Below, piece after piece: positions 57,780 through 64,000 of a DNA stretch of 64,000 nucleotides (positions within the stretch are counted from its first letter, which is position 1; every line of letters begins with the position of its first letter). The notes below the pieces were generated by a model. The model was not told the origin of the DNA, did no database searches, and saw nothing but the letters and a program-made list of their open reading frames with translations. The DNA is taken from NCBI RefSeq assembly GCF_009914755.1, contig NC_060932.1. One strand, written 5' to 3'. The stretch is from the human T2T-CHM13v2.0 reference genome, Homo sapiens. Made by a program: the position numbers and the translations under genes.

Positions 57780-58315
57780 TGTGGTAGGCAGAATAATACC
57801 TCCCCCAGGAAAGCCCATGTCCTAATGCCCAGAACCAGTGAATGCGGTACGTACGTGGCAAAGGAAAATTAAGATAGAAGATGAAATAAAGGTTGCTAAT
57901 CGGCTGACTTCAAGATTGGGAAATTATACTGGATACTCCTTGTGGGCTCAATGTAATCACGAGGGTCCTTAAAGGTGAAAGAAGGAGGCAGAAGACAAGT
58001 CACAAAGAAAGAGATATGAGAACTGCAGTGAGGTCAGAGTGATAGGATGTGAGGACTAGACCTACTGTTGCTGGTTTTGAAGCTGGGGAAAGGGACCATG
58101 AACCAAGGAATGTGAGCAGCCTCTAGGAGCTGGAAAAGGCAAGGAAATAGATCCTTTCCTAGAGCCTCCAGAAGAGAATGCAGGCCTGCCAACACCTTGA
58201 TTTCCACCCAGTAAGACCCATTTTGGACGTCCAGAACTGTAAGATAATACATTTGTATTGTTTAAGACGCTATGTTTGTGGTAGTTTGTTACGGCTGCAA
58301 ATAGAAAACTAATAA
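57780..58315 (+). mobile_element. MLT1D-like MaLR solo LTR
   Basis: TGTGGTAGGCAGAATAAT ... GCAAATAGAAAACTAATA. Confidence 0.88.
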
Positions 58316-59932
58316 GATTTGAAATGTTGGCACAATGCTACTGAGTAGCCCAGTTTCCTCATTTGATACCATTGTAGCTGTTTGAATGTGGATGTCTTAC
58401 TAAGCTGATGAATCTATATTCTGTCCCAGAACTACAGCTGCCAATCCTTCTGATATTTATTTCTTCACCTGTCCAAATCCAGTCAATTGAGAGCTTTTCT
58501 CCAGTGTCTAATGTGGCTTTAAACATTGGCAAGTCTGTGTAAACTGCACAAGGACACTGGATATTAAATTATTTTAAATTTATTTGCCAAGTGCCTCTTG
58601 GTTCACAATGACTGTGTTCTCTAGGGATGTTTCTTGGTCTCTTGTTAACATGGAAGCAAAGAATGTCATCTCATGTGTTGGTGAGAGAGACCTCCCTTTG
58701 TCTTTTTTCTGGGCTAAACTCCTTCTACTCCTATCATGTGACACTAATGAGTACTCAGTCTTCTCATGGCTACTGGTCTTGGCACTGCTGTTTGGCACAG
58801 GGATAGGCAATAATCCAGCTCTTTCCTGGTACTTCTGAACCTGGGGTATGACAGCGAGTGTTTCAGTCTCTCTCTGGTGGTGAAACAGTGAAACACCAGA
58901 TGTAGGCAGCTAGCTGGTGGCTCAGTTGAGAGAATAAAACTGAAGGGTCAAGAGAGAAAACTCACAGAGTTCGAGTTCTTGGCACCAGTTATATTTGAGG
59001 CACAGCTGCATAGAAGCCCTTCCCAAAGTTTACTTTTACGAGCAAATAAGTTCTTTTTTAAAAAATAAATCAGTTTTAATTGTTCCCGTGAATTTAATTC
59101 ACCCGCAAGGAAAATAATCTTGATTAATACATTTGGTAAAGGAGTGTTAGAGGTCTATAAGATTTAAATTTGATTGCTCTTACTTGCAACCATGGGTTAG
59201 CAGTGTCCCTATCTCCTAGAAGTGCACCAAATAATTGATAAGTCACTGTTACACGTTCACTGAAATTGTATAAATTCTTTCTATATATCAATCTCATCCT
59301 GATGTCTTATATTCAGTAATTCTCAAAGACTGTTTTACAGAACCATATTTACTTCAAATGACCTATGAAAAAAATTAGGTTACAAAGATAAAAGACTGGG
59401 AAATGCTGAATGCTGTCTCTTGGAGTGCCATATATAGACAAACATATTAAAGGCTCTGAGAAGTCCAGTGTCAAGTAAAATTAATCAGATAGTTGATAAA
59501 AGTAACAAATAGCTTTAAAAGTTCAACTTTGCTTATAATTAAGTAAGTGCAAATTTAGACAACACTATTTTAACCAATTAGATTGGCAAATATCAAAAAG
59601 TATGTTACTACACTGTTTGGGGTAGGTTATCAGGAAACAGGAATTTGCATGCATTATTGAAGGCAGTGTAAATTGCTATATTGTCTTTGGAGGACAACTG
59701 ACACTATTTATAAAAGATAAAAATGCACACACAGTTTGATACCCCCTCCGCATTCCACTTACAGATGTTATCTCGCATTCGCACAATGGTATTTATTTCA
59801 GCTTTTGTTTTTTTCCTAGTAAAGGACTTGAAGTAACCTAAATGACCATCAATATTATACTGGTTGTATAAATTATGATTAATCTATACAGTGAAATGAC
59901 TGGATAGTCCTTTAAAAGTGACTAGACAGAAA

Positions 59933-60180
59933 TCAGAGTTTCTTAACAGTGCCATTTGGGGCCTAATAAATCTTTATTGTGGGGGCTGTCCTGTGCATTG
60001 TAGGATGTTATGCAGCATCCCTAAACTCTACCCATTATTTGAAGGGTATTTAATGGATAGGGAGTTTGTGATGCTGCTAAATTCTGCCCACTAGTTGCCA
60101 GGAGCAACCTGCTCTGTCACTCTCCCAGTTGTGACAGTTAAAAAATCTGTAGACTAATTATCCCAGGTTGAGAACCACTA
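59933..60180. mobile_element. MER20 hAT MITE
   Basis: TGTGGGGGCTGTCCTGTGCATTGTAGGATGTT ... GGTTGAGAACCACT. Confidence 0.85.
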
Positions 60181-60357
60181 ATCTATTTTTTTGTTATCTT
60201 TAATGTATCCAACTGAGAGAATCACTGATCTAAATGAACTGATATTTTCCCAAGGTATATTAAGTGAACAAAGGAAGATGCAGAAATATTTATAGTTTGC
60301 TACCATTTTGTAATGTATTTATCCATATCTAGCTATACATTGATTAACTAAAATGTT

Positions 60358-61453
60358 TACATGGTCTTCAAAAAGTTCTTGGAAAATGCATATTATGAAA
60401 AAAACTATGCATAGATTTAAAAAATTTTTGTACCAAAATTAACTTGCACTAACTCTATAACATGTCTGAACAGAATCTAGTTTGAGGCAGTAGGAAGAAT
60501 ACGACATCAGTTTGAATAGAACCCCTTTTAGAGCAACATGAATTCTGCTAAAATAGAAGCAAGAACAGACATGAAATTTAGGATGAAGTCTGGGTGGAAG
60601 AATGGTGAAACCACTGACGTTTTATGAAAAATTTATGGGAACAATGTTCCAAAGAAATTTGTAGTTTACAAATGGATAACTCATTTTAAGAAAAGACAAG
60701 ATGATGTGCTAGATATATCCCACAGTGGCAGACTTTCCACATCAATTTTTGAGAGAAAAATTAACCATCTTGTCCATGCTGTAATTGAAGAGGACCGATG
60801 AGTAACAGCAGAAATAATAGCCAACACCATAGACATTTCAATTGGTTCTGCTTACACAATGCTGACTGAGAAATTACAGTTGAACAAATTTTCCCCTTCA
60901 TGAGTGCTAAAACCATTAAGCCAGATCAATGCAGACAAGAGCAGAGCTTTCGGTGGAAATTTTAAACAAGTGAGATCAATATCCTGAAGCATTTCTTTGA
61001 AAAATTGTAGCAAGAGATGGAACATGGTTTCACCACTACAATCCTGAAGACAAAGCATAATCAAAGCAATGGCTACCAAGAGGCGTAAGTGGTCCAGTCA
61101 AAGCAAAAAGGGACTGGTTAAGAGCAAAGGTCATGGGAACAGCTTTTTGGGGATGCACAAGGCATTTTGCTGGTTGACTTTCTGGGGGGCCAAAGAATGA
61201 TAACATCTGCTTATTTTGAGAGTGTTTTGAGAAAGTTAGCCAAAGCTTTAGCAGAAAAATGCCTAGGAAAGCTTCACCAGAGAGTCCTTCTTCATCATGA
61301 CAATGCTCCTGTTAGTTCCCCTCATCAAACAAAGGCAATATTGTGAGGGTTTCCATGGAATATCATTAAGAATCCACCTTTCAGTCCTGATTTGGCTCCT
61401 TCTGACTTCTTTTTGTTTCCTAATCTAAAAAAAAGCTATAAAAGGCATATAAA

Positions 61454-61495
<42 letters not shown>

Positions 61496-61701
61496 AAGTT
61501 TTGTGTGTATATATATATGAAACTACATGACATGGTTATTCCCAGAACTCTCAGTTCTCTAGAGATAAACTAAATGGTTTGTATCATCACTTACAAAAGT
61601 ATCTAGACCTTGATAGAGCTTATTCTGAAAAATAAAGTTTATGTTTTTACTTTTATCTTTTAATTTCATTTTTTTCATAAACTTTTTGAGGTCTCCTCAT
61701 A
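60358..61701 (+). mobile_element. HSMAR2 mariner, near full length, with pseudogenised transposase (ATG 60538)
   Basis: TIRs GGTCTTCAAAAAGTTCTTGGAAAATG / TTTTCATAAACTTTTTGAGGTCTCC. Remnant peptides MNSAKIEART, LLHHDNAP and PPFSPDLAPSDFFLFPNLKK; multiple stops and frameshifts. Confidence 0.93.
61458..61519. repeat. (TA)n microsatellite inside HSMAR2
   Basis: Perfect TA run 61458-61491 and a second short run at 61508-61518. Confidence 0.9.
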
Positions 61702-63460
61702 TATACATGCAATGGTTCTGGAAGGATATACAAGAAACTAGTAACAATTGCTGATTCTGTGAAGAACTGGAGGATAGAAGCTGAAGTGAGCAGAAATCTT
61801 ACTTTTCATCCAATGTTCTTCCCTAAATTTTTATCAAGTATATGCATTACTTTAGGAAAAAAGCCTAGAAACTGGTTTAACTTTGTTTAACCCATCAGCT
61901 CTTATATTATATAATTCCATACTTTTTTTTTTCTGAATAACACCCAGAATATACTTTGGAAAACATTTCCTTGGTTCACTTTCATTGTTTCATTACTGAA
62001 GATCCAATAGTTTTCTTGCTTTAGTCTAGGAATGTACTAGTTTTAGGAGACTTTGCTCTGGAGATTACAGGTTAGCCCATCTTATAAACTTGACTGAAGC
62101 AGAACCACTGTAACTGAGTTCGATTTTGTCAAATAGCCAAAAGTTTACTAGTCTTGCTTCCCTTCCAAAAAACTCTTCTGATACAAATAAAGTTGTTCTT
62201 TCCATACAGCCTTCACTTTAGTTGGCCTGCATTTCTTTTTTAACCTGGCTTTCAGTTATTTTGTGTTTGTGTTCCAATATTTTCTTGCATCCTTGCCAAA
62301 CAAACTCTGCTGTTTAAGATGGGTGATGGTACTTTCTTATTATAATAACTGTTTACTGAGATATACTAGTATTATGTTAGTACTAGTACTATGTTATCTG
62401 TGTCTTGTACTGTTGAAGGCACACTTTGCATACACTAACCTATTACTTACAACGGCCTTGCAAAGGAGATGAGAGTATCCCTATTTTACTGATGAGAAAG
62501 CTGAGTTTCCAAAAGTGACTTGCCCAAGATTACTCAGCTTTCAAAGGAAGGATTTGGATTCAAACCAACATCTGTCACACTCCAAAAAGCCTGTACTTTT
62601 TCTGCTAAGTTCTGATTCCTTACTCTATTCTGCTGTCTTAGGTCTTCTGTTTCCTCGACAATTATTTTTCTGCTACTTTAAATGCATCCCAAGTAAGAAT
62701 TTTTCAACTCTTCAAGGACTATGCTAAAAGCAGTCACAGGATGATAAAAATGCTACTACTGTGTCCCATAACAAAGCTGTGTTGTCAAGATTCAAGTTTT
62801 ATCCCTATCATCTGCTATATTTTGAAACAAATTTGCAAAAGAACACTGCCTGGTCTGAACCTATTTTTATTTTAATTTCAGCTGAAGAGATACAACTGCC
62901 CAAACTGATTAAATTAAAATGCAGTTTAGACTTGAGAAAGTTGCATGTGGAAAGGAAGAAAATATACAATTTATCATATATGGGTTCTAAATATTCCAGC
63001 TGTGCAAGATACATTTGGGTGTCTGCAGTTATTTGCAAACTGAATTGTCTTTGTTTTTCAGGATAACGAGGATTTATTCATTGCCGTATTAACTAATCTC
63101 GACCAAATATTCGTTGTCCACCCCCAAATTTGTGTAACTTTTCAAAAGGCTGAGATACAAATGCCTTTTGTTTAGGGTGAAGACTTCAACTGAGCCTAAT
63201 GTTAATAGTTTCCCCATCCAGTTACATATAACAAGATACACAGTCCATTTGGCTCTTGTTCCAGGCTGTGGGCATCATATGAGAAGTTTTCAGAAATTAG
63301 TTTGGCGAAATTTCTTGCTTTTGAGATCTCTGAAGCAACCAGTTAAAAATCAGTAATGGCTAATTAGATTGTTTTCATTGTGTTTCTTTTAACTTTACTG
63401 TATCAGGCTCTTCTTTTAGCAGTTTTCAGCATCTTAGTCCTCTTTTCAGGCTGCATAAAT

Positions 63461-63768
63461 TAGTGGTTTCCAAAGTATCTTTGGGGGAAGCTTGTCCCAA
63501 GAGGTGTTCTGCAATGAATGAGTTTTATAATCAAATAAATTTGGGAAATGCTACATTGTACAGTTCAATGTAGTTGCAATGTGCAAAAGCATAATAAGGG
63601 CTCTGAGGGATGCAGTAGTAAAGACATATGTTTAATTTGTTTTAATCTAATTTTTCTAAAATTTTTTAAAATCAAAGACCACCCTCTCTTTTTTTTTGTT
63701 GTTTCTTTTTTTTCTTTTAAATTAACACCTGTTAAATCTCACAGTAAGTTTCACTTTGGAAAACACTG
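63461..63768. mobile_element. Ancient hAT-Charlie MITE (MER112/113-like)
   Basis: TAGTGGTTTCCAAAGT ... ACTTTGGAAAACACTG inverted ends; AAGGGCTCTGAG...GTAAAGACATATGTTTAATTTG core. Confidence 0.6.
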
Positions 63769-64000
63769 ACCTAGGCCATTGCAAGGTCAAGGGGACACTT
63801 TGTTCCCATAGCCTATCTGTAGTGCGCCACTGGCTAGTTTTGACAGGCAAACTCACCAAAACTCCAGATTTCAAGTGAGACTCCTGGCACAGTGGTTGAT
63901 GGATATGTAGGCACTCATGAAATGTTCACTGAGTAAATAATTTTTTCTTTTAAGTTTTTTTAATTAAAAAAGTTCTTGATTTTTGTTGCACATATTTAAA

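Noticed and set aside
60538-61600. Functional mariner transposase
   Set aside because: Multiple in-frame stops, frameshifts and a (TA)n disruption.

Overview
This is primate (very probably human) genomic DNA, not microbial. The left end holds a CpG-island promoter and the probable non-coding first exon of a minus-strand gene (splice donor AAG|GTACGG at 2652/2651; intron 1 runs off the left edge). I cannot name the gene. The remaining ~60 kb is upstream/intergenic sequence with no convincing protein-coding exon. It is dominated by transposable elements: about 25 Alus, a solo LTR12C, a near-full-length Tigger1, an SVA, an HSMAR2 mariner, a 5'-truncated L1PA, several MaLR/ERVL LTRs, hAT MITEs, and L2/MIR/CR1 relics. 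The most notable observations are: (1) an SVA whose 16-bp target-site duplication also encloses ~530 bp of extra DNA with two further AATAAA+poly(A) units, consistent with serial 3' transduction; (2) a solo LTR12C pointing at the gene ~6 kb upstream, with a substitution in its TATA-like box; (3) a strong-Kozak 13-codon uORF just before the exon-1 donor; (4) a 39-nt retrocopy of the Y4 RNA 3' end; and (5) an orphan CpG-retaining, motif-rich element at ~28.5-29.3 kb. I see no evidence of a wholly new biological system. Repeat family and subfamily names come from recalled consensus sequences and were not computed.
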